NCBI GenBank assembly: GCA_036649735.1
Contig: JAVWBB010000001.1
Span: 1-59,292, forward strand
Direction: 5' to 3'
Length of the DNA: 59,292 bases
DNA from: Bacilli bacterium
GTDB lineage: Bacteria; Bacillota_I; Bacilli_A; RF39; UBA660
Part shown: positions 27,970-37,181 of the stretch, one piece after another
Numbering within the stretch: position 1 is the stretch's first letter
How the letters are laid out: every line of letters begins with the position of its first letter
Position numbers and translations under genes: made by a program
The notes under the pieces: generated by a model
The model's input: only the letters and a program-made list of their open reading frames with translations
Told to the model about the DNA's origin: nothing
The model's database searches: none

Positions 27970-27995
27970 AAGAATTGTAAGATTCTTTTTTTTTT
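27968..27995 (+). terminator. Rho-independent terminator after the gerQ-like gene
   Basis: AAAGAAT-TGTAAG-ATTCTTT followed by a T run. Confidence 0.6.
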
Positions 27996-28028
27996 GATAT
28001 ACTTAACTTATAAAATTGGAGGGATACT

Positions 28029-28568
28029 ATGATATGGACTTACATACTTTTTAGTGGTTGTTTTATATTATTAATTTTAATTATATTTATAAATATTTAT
28101 AATAAATATCAAAACATATTTATTAAAATTGATGAAGCAGAAAATAATATTGATATTATTTTACAAAAGAAATTAGATTATTTAATTAGGAGTATTCCAA
28201 TTATTAAAGATAATCTTAAAGATATGGATGATTTTTTAGTTAAGAGTTCTTCAATTAATATTAAGGAATTAAATAATTTTGAAATGAATGACCAAGTAAA
28301 AATTTTACAAAAAGAATTTAATGAAGTATTAGATTTAAATAAGAATCTAAATAAAATAGATAGTTTAAATTCGTTATTAAAAGAAATGTATGATAATGAA
28401 AATGATTTAGAAGGTGCGAAAGCTTATTATAACGATAATGTTACTATTTATAATAACTTAGTTAAAAAAATTCCATATTCTATGATTGCTAAGATGTATC
28501 ACTATAAGCATAAAGAGTTTTACATTGATGAAAAAGATGAAATATTTGAAATATTAAAAAATAAATAG
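28029..28568 (+). CDS. lemA: LemA family membrane protein
   Basis: N-terminal TM plus the LemA-like C-terminal region AKAYYNDNVTIYNNLVKKIPYSMIAKMYHYKHKEFY. Confidence 0.8.
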   Translation: MIWTYILFSGCFILLILIIFINIYNKYQNIFIKIDEAENNIDIILQKKLDYLIRSIPIIKDNLKDMDDFLVKSSSINIKELNNFEMNDQVKILQKEFNEVLDLNKNLNKIDSLNSLLKEMYDNENDLEGAKAYYNDNVTIYNNLVKKIPYSMIAKMYHYKHKEFYIDEKDEIFEILKNK

Positions 28569-28586
28569 ATGTTTTAACATCTATTT
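28563..28586. terminator. Hairpin between convergent lemA and ung (overlaps the ung stop)
   Basis: AAATAGATG-TTTTAA-CATCTATTT, a perfect 9-bp stem. Confidence 0.4.
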
Positions 28587-29246
28587 ATTTTGCCATGAAA
28601 TAGGCTCTAAATGATTTTTAATTAAAAAGTCATTTGTCTTTGAAAATACTTTACTACCTAAAAATGTTTTATATGCAGAAAAAGGCGAAGGATGTGATGA
28701 TTTTAATATTAAATGCTTTTTATTTGTAATTAAATATTCTTTACTAATTGCATTATTACCCCACAATATAAAGACAACTGGCGTAGTTTTATTATTAATT
28801 AGCGCAATTACTTTATCCGTAAATATTTCCCATCCAATATTTTGATGAGACAAAGGACTATCTTTTCTTACTGTTAAAATTGTATTTAAAAAGAATACTC
28901 CTTCTTTAGCTAAAGAAGTTAAATCACCATGATTCGGTGTTTCAATATTTAAATCACTTTTTATTTCTTTATATATATTTCTAAGTGAAGGTGGTATTTT
29001 AACACCTTTTGGTACAGAAAAAGATAAACCCATTGCTTCATTTTCTCCATGATATGGATCTTGTCCTAATATTACAACTTTAATATTATTGTAAGAAGTC
29101 AATTTAAAAGCATTAAATATTAATTCTCTTTTAGGAAATATAATATTTTTTTTATACTCATTATCGATACTATTTCTTAAATTTAAAAAATAATCTTTAC
29201 TAAACTCTTCATTTAATAATTCATCCCATTCATTATTTATAATCAT
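28581..29246 (-). CDS. ung: Uracil-DNA glycosylase
   Basis: ILGQDPYHG, FFLNTILTV and HPSPFSA motifs. Confidence 0.95.
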   Translation of the reverse strand: MIINNEWDELLNEEFSKDYFLNLRNSIDNEYKKNIIFPKRELIFNAFKLTSYNNIKVVILGQDPYHGENEAMGLSFSVPKGVKIPPSLRNIYKEIKSDLNIETPNHGDLTSLAKEGVFFLNTILTVRKDSPLSHQNIGWEIFTDKVIALINNKTTPVVFILWGNNAISKEYLITNKKHLILKSSHPSPFSAYKTFLGSKVFSKTNDFLIKNHLEPISWQNK

Positions 29247-29264
29247 GTATACCCCCTAAATTTT

Positions 29265-29298
29265 ATTCACCTTAATTTTATATAAAATTAAGGTGAAT
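29265..29298. repeat. Perfect 34-bp palindrome ATTCACCTTAATTTTATATAAAATTAAGGTGAAT between rlmH and ung
   Basis: Read directly. There is no clear U-tail on the minus strand, so it is either a non-canonical terminator or a protein-binding site. Confidence 0.6.
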
Positions 29299-29369
29299 CT
29301 ACTTGTTTCTTATTTTCAAGATAAATTATATGATATTTCAATCGATATTTTATGCCAAATGAAAAATAA

Positions 29370-29825
29370 TTATTTATGATATTCTTCATTATTAATTATT
29401 TTAAATGATCTATATATTTGTTCTAAAAGAATAACTCTAAATAATTGATGAGGAAAAGTTAAATTAGAAAAGGATATTGATAAATTAGCTATATCTTTAA
29501 TACTTTTATCTATACCATTTGAACTACCTATTATAAAGACTAAATTAGGTTTATTAATAAAACTTTTATCTATTATATTAGATAATTCTATAGAATTAGG
29601 TTTTATACCTAATTGATCTAAAACTATAATATAATCTTTATTAGTAATTAAATTTAATATCTTATCTGATTCTTTTGCTAATTCTTTATTTATATCGTAT
29701 TTAGTTTCATCTAATAATTCTATTATTTCAATATTATGAAACTTCTTTATTCTTTTTATATAATCATTAATACAATCTTTAATACATTGTTCTTTTATTT
29801 TACCAAAACATATTATTTTAATCAT
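29370..29825 (-). CDS. rlmH: 23S rRNA (pseudouridine1915-N3)-methyltransferase RlmH
   Basis: SPOUT RlmH size and a C-terminal motif (HQLFRVILLEQIYRSFKI). 4-nt overlap with the upstream MBL gene. Confidence 0.85.
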   Translation of the reverse strand: MIKIICFGKIKEQCIKDCINDYIKRIKKFHNIEIIELLDETKYDINKELAKESDKILNLITNKDYIIVLDQLGIKPNSIELSNIIDKSFINKPNLVFIIGSSNGIDKSIKDIANLSISFSNLTFPHQLFRVILLEQIYRSFKIINNEEYHK

Positions 29826-30550
29826 TCTACCCTCGTTATTTCATGTTGTTTTGCAATTATTATTTTATTTAAATCTAATTCTAATTCTTTCATAGTCTTT
29901 ATAACTAATTCTTCGCTATTATTTTCTTCACTTAAATGTGCTAATACTATTTTATTTGTATGTACTCCTATTGATTGTTTTAAATAATTAGCTGTCATTT
30001 TATTTGATAAATGACCACAATCTCCTAATATTCTTTGTTTTAGTGGGAAATAATATTTACCAGTTATAACTAATTCTTCATCATGGTTACTTTCTATAAT
30101 ATAAATATTTTTATCTTTTATCTTATTTAAGATATTATTATTTATATACCCTGTATCGGTAATATAAACTAATGTTTCTTTATTAGATTCTATTATATAT
30201 CCTACTGAAAAGATATCATGTGATGTTTTAAAGTATTCTATATTTACATCTAATATATTAAAATTATTTTCTATTATTTTAATATATTCTAAGGGAATAA
30301 TTTTTCTTATATCATTAAACATTTCTTTAGGTATATAAACAGAAGCTTTGGTTTTTTTAATAATTGTTCCTAAATATTTCATATGATCATTATGCATATG
30401 TGTAATTAATATATAATCTAATGCTTCTGTTTGTAATACTTCTTTTAATGTTAAATAGTTAATTCCAGCATCTATTAAGATATTAGTATTTGTTGTTTGT
30501 AGTAATGTTGAATTCCCTTTAGAACCACTTCCTAATACTGTTATTTTCAT
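29822..30550 (-). CDS. MBL-fold metallo-hydrolase (YycJ/WalJ-like)
   Basis: HMHNDH metal-binding motif. 242 aa. Position next to rlmH as in Bacillus. Confidence 0.8.
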   Translation of the reverse strand: MKITVLGSGSKGNSTLLQTTNTNILIDAGINYLTLKEVLQTEALDYILITHMHNDHMKYLGTIIKKTKASVYIPKEMFNDIRKIIPLEYIKIIENNFNILDVNIEYFKTSHDIFSVGYIIESNKETLVYITDTGYINNNILNKIKDKNIYIIESNHDEELVITGKYYFPLKQRILGDCGHLSNKMTANYLKQSIGVHTNKIVLAHLSEENNSEELVIKTMKELELDLNKIIIAKQHEITRVE

Positions 30551-32034
30551 CGATATAAGTCCAGTGGATTATATGCTATTCCTCCTCTAAAAGGAACTCC
30601 TTTAAATACTCCAAAGTGCAAATGTGTTCCTGTAGAATATCCTGTTGAACCCATTGCCCCAATTACATTTCCTAACATAACTACTTGATTTGGTTTAACG
30701 TAAAGAGCTGACATATGTCCATAGTATGTATACATTCCATTATTATGATTTATAATAATATAATTTCCATTAATGGGATGATTATATCCTACTGTCATAA
30801 TAGTTCCGTTATTAGCAGCATATATTGGTGATCCATATCCTGTTCCTGAAATATCTAAACCATCGTGAAATACACCCCAACGCCATGCAAAATAACTAGT
30901 TATTATATATGGTGTATTAGTTGGCCATCCCCAATATCCAACGTCTCCTAAAACACCACTTCTACCGCCTTTAACAATTACTCTAGAAATAGTAGGTTTT
31001 ATTTCTTCACTACCTGGAAGAATAAAAGCTGAAACTGATTCTCCATTAACATATTTAATTTTACTTGTTACTTTTTGTAACCCCGTTTCTCCATTTTGTT
31101 TAACATATTCTGTTCCAAGAAGTAAATTATTATCATATTCAATTTCTGTTTTATAAGGAATATCTTGAATCTTTATTTCTGATACTTCTTCAGTTGTTTT
31201 AAAACTTGGTTTTAATATCCCCAATGTTACTTTTTGTCCTGGGAATAATAAATTATTTTCACTTTTAAATTTAGGATTAGCTACTAAAAATTCTTGTGGT
31301 GATATTTTATTAGCAAAAGCAACATCATTTATAGTATCCCCTGTTTTAACTATATATTCTTTTTGATCATCTAACGTTCCAAATAATAAAAATCTTGTTA
31401 ATTCTTCTTCATTTGTATAAATCTTTTCATTAACTGGAATATTATCTTTTTTAATAGAAATATTATTTTCTATATATATATCTTCTGTTGTTCTACCTAT
31501 ATCTTTTTTTTCTTGTTTTTCTCCATTTAAAAACTTTTGATATACTATTGGATCAACAAACGCTGTTATAGTTTTTGATACTGCATTTGTAAACATTTCT
31601 TTATTTAGTGTATAAATAGTAATAGTTGGGGTCGTTGTTTCTTTACCATCTTCGGCTTTTTCTTTTACTCCAGAAATAACTATTTTATATCCATTTATAG
31701 TAAATGGTGAATCATTTTTAATTTTATTATAAATAGTATTAGTTGAACTAATATTATTTTCATATGTAACTTCTTTTATTACTTCTAAGTTTTTAGGTTG
31801 ATAAACTTTATCTACTTTATATACATCTTTTAATTGTTTTTGTTCACTATCTATATAGTTTTCTAATTCTATTTTAGAATTAATTAACCCAATTGATTTA
31901 CCTTCTAAGTATACTCTATATACTTCTTGTGGGTCTTTTGTTTTATTATTAAAATTAATAAACAATGTAAAAGTCGCAAGTAAAATTGCGATTATGGTAA
32001 TTATTGTATTCTTTTTATTCATGTTTTTCTCCAT
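30547..32034 (-). CDS. M23 family peptidoglycan DD-metalloendopeptidase with LysM and G5-like domains
   Basis: HDGLDISG and GSTGYSTGTHLHFG (M23). The LysM-like segment is YIVKTGDTINDVAFANKISPQEFLVANP. N-terminal TM. Confidence 0.85.
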   Translation of the reverse strand: MEKNMNKKNTIITIIAILLATFTLFINFNNKTKDPQEVYRVYLEGKSIGLINSKIELENYIDSEQKQLKDVYKVDKVYQPKNLEVIKEVTYENNISSTNTIYNKIKNDSPFTINGYKIVISGVKEKAEDGKETTTPTITIYTLNKEMFTNAVSKTITAFVDPIVYQKFLNGEKQEKKDIGRTTEDIYIENNISIKKDNIPVNEKIYTNEEELTRFLLFGTLDDQKEYIVKTGDTINDVAFANKISPQEFLVANPKFKSENNLLFPGQKVTLGILKPSFKTTEEVSEIKIQDIPYKTEIEYDNNLLLGTEYVKQNGETGLQKVTSKIKYVNGESVSAFILPGSEEIKPTISRVIVKGGRSGVLGDVGYWGWPTNTPYIITSYFAWRWGVFHDGLDISGTGYGSPIYAANNGTIMTVGYNHPINGNYIIINHNNGMYTYYGHMSALYVKPNQVVMLGNVIGAMGSTGYSTGTHLHFGVFKGVPFRGGIAYNPLDLYR

Positions 32035-33370
32035 TTGGTTCTTCTTTATAATTTAAGAATGTACTAGTATCTCTTTTAAATATTAGATTTACTGTTGCGG
32101 TTGGACCATTTCTATGTTTTCCTATTATAAGTTCACTTTTACTAGTATTATCATCTGTTTTAGTTTGTTTATTATAATAGTCTTCACGGTAAAGGAAAGC
32201 AACAATATCTGCATCTTGTTCTAGCGAACCTGATTCTCTTAAGTCACTCATTAATGGGCGTTTTTCTTCTCTTCCTTCAACATTTCTGGATAATTGCGCT
32301 AATGCTATTACTGGAACTTTTAATTCCATGGCCATTGTTTTTAAAGCTCTTGATATATCTGATACTTCCTGTTGTCTATTTGAGCCATACTTTCCTCCTC
32401 CAGATATTAGTTGTAAGTAGTCAATAATAACTATTCCTAAGCCATCATCAGTACTGGCAAGTCTCCGACATTTAGCGCGTATTTCACCTATTGTTATTCC
32501 TGGTGTATCATCAAGTAAAAGTTTAGCATCTGTTAATTGACTAATTGCTTCATTAACTCTCTTCCAATCAGCATTTTGCAAATATCCTGTTCTAAGTTTT
32601 GAACCATCTATTTGTCCAAGTGATGAAATCATTCTATTAGCTAATTGTTCTGCTCCCATTTCTAGGTTAAACAACGCTACTGTTTTATCTGTGTTAATAG
32701 CAATATGTGTAGCCATGTTTAAAGCAAATGCTGTTTTACCCATTGCTGGACGTGCGGCAATGATAATAAATTCGTTTTCATGAAATCCTGCTGTTAATTT
32801 ATCTAAATCAGAAAATCCTGATGGTAATCCTGTTATTTCTCCTTTAGATTTTGATAATATTTCTAAATCACTTTGTGTTTTAACTAAAACATCTTGAATT
32901 GTTCTAAACTCTGTTGATCTTCTATTTTTAACAACTCCTAATATCTTTTTTTCTGCTTCATCTAATGTCTCATTTATTTCTGATTCACTATTATATCCTA
33001 AGGTTGTAATTTCTGTTGAAGTTTCAATTAGTCTTCTAAGTAATGAACAATCTTCTACTAATTTGATGTAGTGTTCAATATTAGCAGCTGTTGGAACACT
33101 ATCCATAACTTCTGCTAAATATTCATATCCACCAATTTCATTAATAATATTTCTTTGTTTTAATTCTCCTGTTACTGTTGTTGAATCAACTGGAATATGT
33201 TTTTCTGCTAAATCTTTTAAAACTTTAAATATCTTAGCATTTTTGTCTAAATAAAATGATTCTGGTGCTAATGTCTCACAAGCTTTTTGTAAAGCATATT
33301 TTGATAAAAACATTGAACCGATAACTGCTTGTTCAGCTTCTATATTATTTGGCATATTTTTATTTTTCAT
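32015..33370 (-). CDS. dnaB: Replicative DNA helicase
   Basis: AARPAMGKTAFALN Walker A, IDYLQLI, and SRALKTMAMELKVPVIALAQLSR. Confidence 0.95.
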   Translation of the reverse strand: MKNKNMPNNIEAEQAVIGSMFLSKYALQKACETLAPESFYLDKNAKIFKVLKDLAEKHIPVDSTTVTGELKQRNIINEIGGYEYLAEVMDSVPTAANIEHYIKLVEDCSLLRRLIETSTEITTLGYNSESEINETLDEAEKKILGVVKNRRSTEFRTIQDVLVKTQSDLEILSKSKGEITGLPSGFSDLDKLTAGFHENEFIIIAARPAMGKTAFALNMATHIAINTDKTVALFNLEMGAEQLANRMISSLGQIDGSKLRTGYLQNADWKRVNEAISQLTDAKLLLDDTPGITIGEIRAKCRRLASTDDGLGIVIIDYLQLISGGGKYGSNRQQEVSDISRALKTMAMELKVPVIALAQLSRNVEGREEKRPLMSDLRESGSLEQDADIVAFLYREDYYNKQTKTDDNTSKSELIIGKHRNGPTATVNLIFKRDTSTFLNYKEEPNGEKHE

Positions 33371-33381
33371 TAATTCACCCC

Positions 33382-33822
33382 TTATTTTATTAATTGAACT
33401 TTTAATTTAGCCTTTATTTCTTTATATAAATTTATATCTATTTGATGAAACCCTAATCTATCTAAATGCTTAGCATTTTCTATTTGTTTTTTATCTATAT
33501 TTAAATTATGTTTATCTAGTTCTTCTTTTAATTGTTTAACACTAATACTTCCAAATACTTTATCTAAATCTCCTGTTTTGACTTTAAAAACTAATTCTGT
33601 TTTCTCTATTTTTTCTTTTAAATCTTTTGCTTCTAAATATTTTAATTTATCCTCTTCTAATTCTTTATTTTTTTCTTTTTCTAATTTATTTAAATTTGCT
33701 TCTGTTAATTTAATGGCATATTTATTTTTAATTAAAAAGTTTATAGCATAACCATCTGCCACTTCTTTAATTTCACCTTTTTTACCGTGATTTTTTAAAT
33801 CTTTTATAAATATAATTTTCAT
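33382..33822 (-). CDS. rplI: 50S ribosomal protein L9
   Basis: [30 protein letters not shown] is the canonical L9 N-terminus. Confidence 0.95.
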   Translation of the reverse strand: MKIIFIKDLKNHGKKGEIKEVADGYAINFLIKNKYAIKLTEANLNKLEKEKNKELEEDKLKYLEAKDLKEKIEKTELVFKVKTGDLDKVFGSISVKQLKEELDKHNLNIDKKQIENAKHLDRLGFHQIDINLYKEIKAKLKVQLIK

Positions 33823-33831
33823 AAAACCTCC

Positions 33832-34800
33832 TTAGATATTTTTTATTATTTTAATTAAATCTTGTTTAACTTTGGAGATAGTACTTTCTTCAATTCTTGC
33901 CGCTGCATTATTAGTATCTCCTCCTCCATTAAATTTTTTTAATATTTTACCTACGTCAACTTTTCCCATTGATCTAGCGCTTATTCCAATTGCTTTTTTA
34001 TCTAATTTTCCTATTACAAATGAACCTTCTATTTCTTCAAATAATAAAAGTGTATCAGCTATTTTAGCTAAATCTTCTCTTCTATAAATTTCTTTATTTG
34101 AACCTGCTGTAAGTGCTATTTTTTTATTAATTATTTTTACTTCTGTAATTACTTTTTGTCTTTCAATATACTTTTTAATATCTTGTTTTAATAAGTATTG
34201 TACTTTTTTAGGGCTTGCTCCCATATTAGTTAAAAAAGCTGCACAGTAATATGTTAAAGCATTAGTCTTAATAACAAAGTTACTTGTATCTAGGACAATC
34301 CCCGATAATAATAATGTTGCTATATCACTGTTTAATAAAATATTATAATTTATGATTAATTCTGTAATCATTTCGCATGTACTAGAAGTACTATCATCTA
34401 CTATTAATAAGGCATTATTAATTGATTCTTTAGTTAAATCATGGTGATCAATTATAATAATATTTTTAAATTTGCCTAATATATTTTTACTAATTAATTT
34501 TTCTTTATTTGTATCAACAATTATTAATAATGATTTTTCATCTATTATATCGTTTATTTTATTCGAAGTTATAAAATTATATTTATCTTTTATTTGTAAA
34601 AGTACTTTATTAACACCTTTTTCATGTTTTTTATCATCTAATATAATTAAAGACTTTTTCTTTAATCTATTAACAATATAATTAACCCCTATAATACTAC
34701 CTAAAGCATCTAAATCTAAATCTAAATGGCCTGTTATAAACACATTTGATGAAGTTTTAATTGTTTTTTTTAATTCCCTTTTCTTATCTAATATTTTCAT
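33832..34800 (-). CDS. Stand-alone DHH/DHHA1 phosphoesterase in the gdpP (yybT) position
   Basis: DHH motifs HLDLDLDALGS, IIVDTN and IIIDHHD. DHHA1 motif GGGDTNNAAA. ATG 34800 follows GGGAG. No TM, PAS or GGDEF region. Confidence 0.75.
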   Translation of the reverse strand: MKILDKKRELKKTIKTSSNVFITGHLDLDLDALGSIIGVNYIVNRLKKKSLIILDDKKHEKGVNKVLLQIKDKYNFITSNKINDIIDEKSLLIIVDTNKEKLISKNILGKFKNIIIIDHHDLTKESINNALLIVDDSTSSTCEMITELIINYNILLNSDIATLLLSGIVLDTSNFVIKTNALTYYCAAFLTNMGASPKKVQYLLKQDIKKYIERQKVITEVKIINKKIALTAGSNKEIYRREDLAKIADTLLLFEEIEGSFVIGKLDKKAIGISARSMGKVDVGKILKKFNGGGDTNNAAARIEESTISKVKQDLIKIIKNI

Positions 34801-34936
34801 ATAATCTCCCATAAACTTAATTTATTATATCATAAGTAGGGATTAATGTCTAAATTTTATTATAAAGTAAAAATTATGGCAATTTAAATTTAAATATGAT
34901 TTTTTTAAAATACTATAAAAAAAAAGACATTTCTGT

Positions 34937-35155
34937 CTATTTTGTAAATGGTAATAATGCAATTGCTCTTGCTCGTTTAATTTGTTCTGCAATATGTCTT
35001 TGATGTTTAGAGCAAGCACCTGTAATTCTTCTTGGTAATATTTTACCTTTTTCACTAATATATTTTCTTAAAGATTCTACATCTTTATAATCAATTGTTT
35101 TACCAGTTGTACACATGTAGCATACTTTTTTACGCTTTTTGAAAAATTCTGCCAT
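34937..35155 (-). CDS. rpsR: 30S ribosomal protein S18
   Basis: [35 protein letters not shown] is canonical S18. Confidence 0.95.
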   Translation of the reverse strand: MAEFFKKRKKVCYMCTTGKTIDYKDVESLRKYISEKGKILPRRITGACSKHQRHIAEQIKRARAIALLPFTK

Positions 35156-35170
35156 AATTTCCTCCTTATT

Positions 35171-35668
35171 TTAGAATGGTAAATCCGAATCGCTTATTTC
35201 AATGTTTTCACCAAAATCTGCAAATGGATCTGTCTTAACATTTACTGTGTTATTATTATTATTTTCTTTAAAATCATATGGTGTTGGTTCATTATTTGCT
35301 ACTGTTGGTGTACTTGGAGTGTATGGCGTTTGATAATTATTTTGATTGCTGTTTTTACTATCTAAAAATTGAACATTTTCAGCAATAACTTCAGTAATAT
35401 ATCTTTTCTTCCCATCTTCTCCATCATATGTTCTTGTTTGCATACGACCATCAACAGCCACTTGACTTCCTTGTTTAATATAATTCTTAATGTTTTCTGC
35501 TTGTTTTCTCCATACAACGATATTAATAAAATCTGCTTCTCTTTCACCTTGAGCATTTGAAAAATTTCTATTAACCGCTAATGAAAATGTCGCAACAGCA
35601 ACATTGCTTTGCGTATATCTTAATTCAGGGTCTTTAGTTAATCTTCCTATTAAAATTACTTTATTCAT
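35171..35668 (-). CDS. ssb: Single-stranded DNA-binding protein
   Basis: [21 protein letters not shown]-fold N-terminus and an acidic C-terminal tip DSDLPF. Confidence 0.95.
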   Translation of the reverse strand: MNKVILIGRLTKDPELRYTQSNVAVATFSLAVNRNFSNAQGEREADFINIVVWRKQAENIKNYIKQGSQVAVDGRMQTRTYDGEDGKKRYITEVIAENVQFLDSKNSNQNNYQTPYTPSTPTVANNEPTPYDFKENNNNNTVNVKTDPFADFGENIEISDSDLPF

Positions 35669-35679
35669 TTTTACTCCTT

Positions 35680-35970
35680 TTATTCCTCTACTTTAATAAT
35701 TAAGTGACGAATAATATTTTCATTAATAAGCGCTAATCTATCAAATTCAATTGTCGCATCAGCATTATTAGATTCTATTTTTAATAAAAAGTAATAACCT
35801 GTATTAAATGTATTTATTGTATAAGCTAATTCTCTTTGTCCTAAAGCTTTTTCATCAATGATAGTCGCACCTTTAGAAATTAAAACTTGTTTCATATTTT
35901 CTGCTACTTCTTTGATATTTGCTTCTTCAATATTTGGTTTTACAATAAACATAATTTCATATTTTCTCAT
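35680..35970 (-). CDS. rpsF: 30S ribosomal protein S6
   Basis: [13 protein letters not shown] is the canonical S6 start. Confidence 0.95.
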   Translation of the reverse strand: MRKYEIMFIVKPNIEEANIKEVAENMKQVLISKGATIIDEKALGQRELAYTINTFNTGYYFLLKIESNNADATIEFDRLALINENIIRHLIIKVEE

Positions 35971-36036
35971 TCTTACACCTCCTTTTGGTCTTGCGGTCTA
36001 TAAAATAGACAAGGAGTACCTCAATACTCGCAATCT

Positions 36037-36065
36037 AGTATAGCAAAATTGTTTTTTTTTTGCAA
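36037..36065 (-). promoter_or_regulatory. Candidate promoter of the rpsF-ssb-rpsR operon (TTGCAA - 17 nt - TATACT), followed by a leader of about 60 nt
   Basis: -35 at 36060-36065 and -10 at 36037-36042. rpsF leaders in Bacillota are known to bind the S6:S18 complex; I did not verify the fold. Confidence 0.45.
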
Positions 36066-36071
36066 GGATTA

Positions 36072-37172
36072 TTATACATTAAAACGAAAATGACAAATAT
36101 CTCCATCTTGCATTAAATAATCTTTTCCTTCAACTCTAAACTTACCAGCTTCTTTAACCTTTAATTCACTACCACAAGCTACTAAATCAGCATAACTAAT
36201 TACTTCTGCTCTAATAAATCCTTTTTCAAAATCTGTATGTATTATCCCTGCACATTCTTTAGCGTTCATTCCTCTTTTAAAAGTCCATGCTCTTACTTCA
36301 TCTTTTCCAACTGTAAAATAAGTAGCTAAACCTAATAATGAATATGTAGTTTTTATTAATAAATCTAAACCACTATCTTTTATTCCTAAAGCCTCTAACA
36401 TTTCTTTTTTATCATCGTCATTTAATTCACTTAGTTCTGATTCTATTTTAGCACAAAGTTTTACGGTTAAAGCATTCTCACCTTTAGCATAGTCTTTTAC
36501 TATTTTGACATATTCATTATCTTCATTACCTATTTCTTCTTCTTTTATATTAGCCAAATAAATAATTGGTTTAATAGTTAATAAACTAAAATTTTTCAAA
36601 ATAAGTTTCTCTTCTTTAGTAAATTCTATCATCCTAAGAGATACACCTTTTTCTAAAGACTCTTTGGCTTTTTCTAATACTGATACTTCTAAAAGTGCCT
36701 CTTTTTCTTTTGTTGTGTCTGCCTTTTTTTTGATTTTTTCTAAGCGATTAGTTACAATTTCTAAATCAGATATTGTCAGTTCTAAATTAACTATTTCTAT
36801 ATCGCGAAGAGGATTAACTTTACCCTCTACATGAATAATATTTTCATCATCAAAACATCTTACAACTTCACAAATAGCGTCTGTTTCTCTTATACATGAT
36901 AAAAACTTATTACCTAATCCTTCTCCAAGTGATGCCCCTTTAACAAGTCCGGCAATATCTGTAAATTCAAAACTTGTGGCAACTAAATTATCAGGCATAT
37001 ACATTTTTTTTAAAACATCTAATCTCATATCTGAAACAGTAACTGTTCCCACATTAGGGTCAATAGTTGCAAAAGGGTAATTTGCTGCTAAAATGTTTTT
37101 TTTCGTAATAGCGTTAAATAACGTTGATTTCCCTACATTAGGTAAACCGATAATTCCTGCTGTTAAACTCAT
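36072..37172 (-). CDS. ychF: Ribosome-binding ATPase YchF
   Basis: GIIGLPNVGKSTLFNAIT P-loop. C-terminal TGS-type FIRAEVISY...GKDYLMQDGDICHFRFNV. Confidence 0.95.
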   Translation of the reverse strand: MSLTAGIIGLPNVGKSTLFNAITKKNILAANYPFATIDPNVGTVTVSDMRLDVLKKMYMPDNLVATSFEFTDIAGLVKGASLGEGLGNKFLSCIRETDAICEVVRCFDDENIIHVEGKVNPLRDIEIVNLELTISDLEIVTNRLEKIKKKADTTKEKEALLEVSVLEKAKESLEKGVSLRMIEFTKEEKLILKNFSLLTIKPIIYLANIKEEEIGNEDNEYVKIVKDYAKGENALTVKLCAKIESELSELNDDDKKEMLEALGIKDSGLDLLIKTTYSLLGLATYFTVGKDEVRAWTFKRGMNAKECAGIIHTDFEKGFIRAEVISYADLVACGSELKVKEAGKFRVEGKDYLMQDGDICHFRFNV

Positions 37173-37181
37173 ATTTTCCTC

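Noticed and set aside
29736-29987. Plus-strand 83-aa ORF across the rlmH/MBL junction
   Set aside because: It is antisense to two well-supported genes.
33872-34681. Plus-strand ORFs in the DHH gene; similarly 41703-41975, 47396-47626, 50307-50912, 55266-55520, 56055-56384 and 57648-57917 in noc, mnmE, dnaA, gyrB and gyrA
   Set aside because: All are antisense shadows of strongly supported housekeeping genes in AT-rich DNA, where stop codons are rare on the complementary strand in some frames.
34843-35055. 70-aa ORF overlapping rpsR in another frame
   Set aside because: The rpsR frame gives a canonical S18 sequence. The alternative frame has no RBS and a nonsense-like composition.
35362-35560. 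Two short ORFs (both strands) inside ssb
   Set aside because: The SSB frame is canonical, so these are shadow ORFs.
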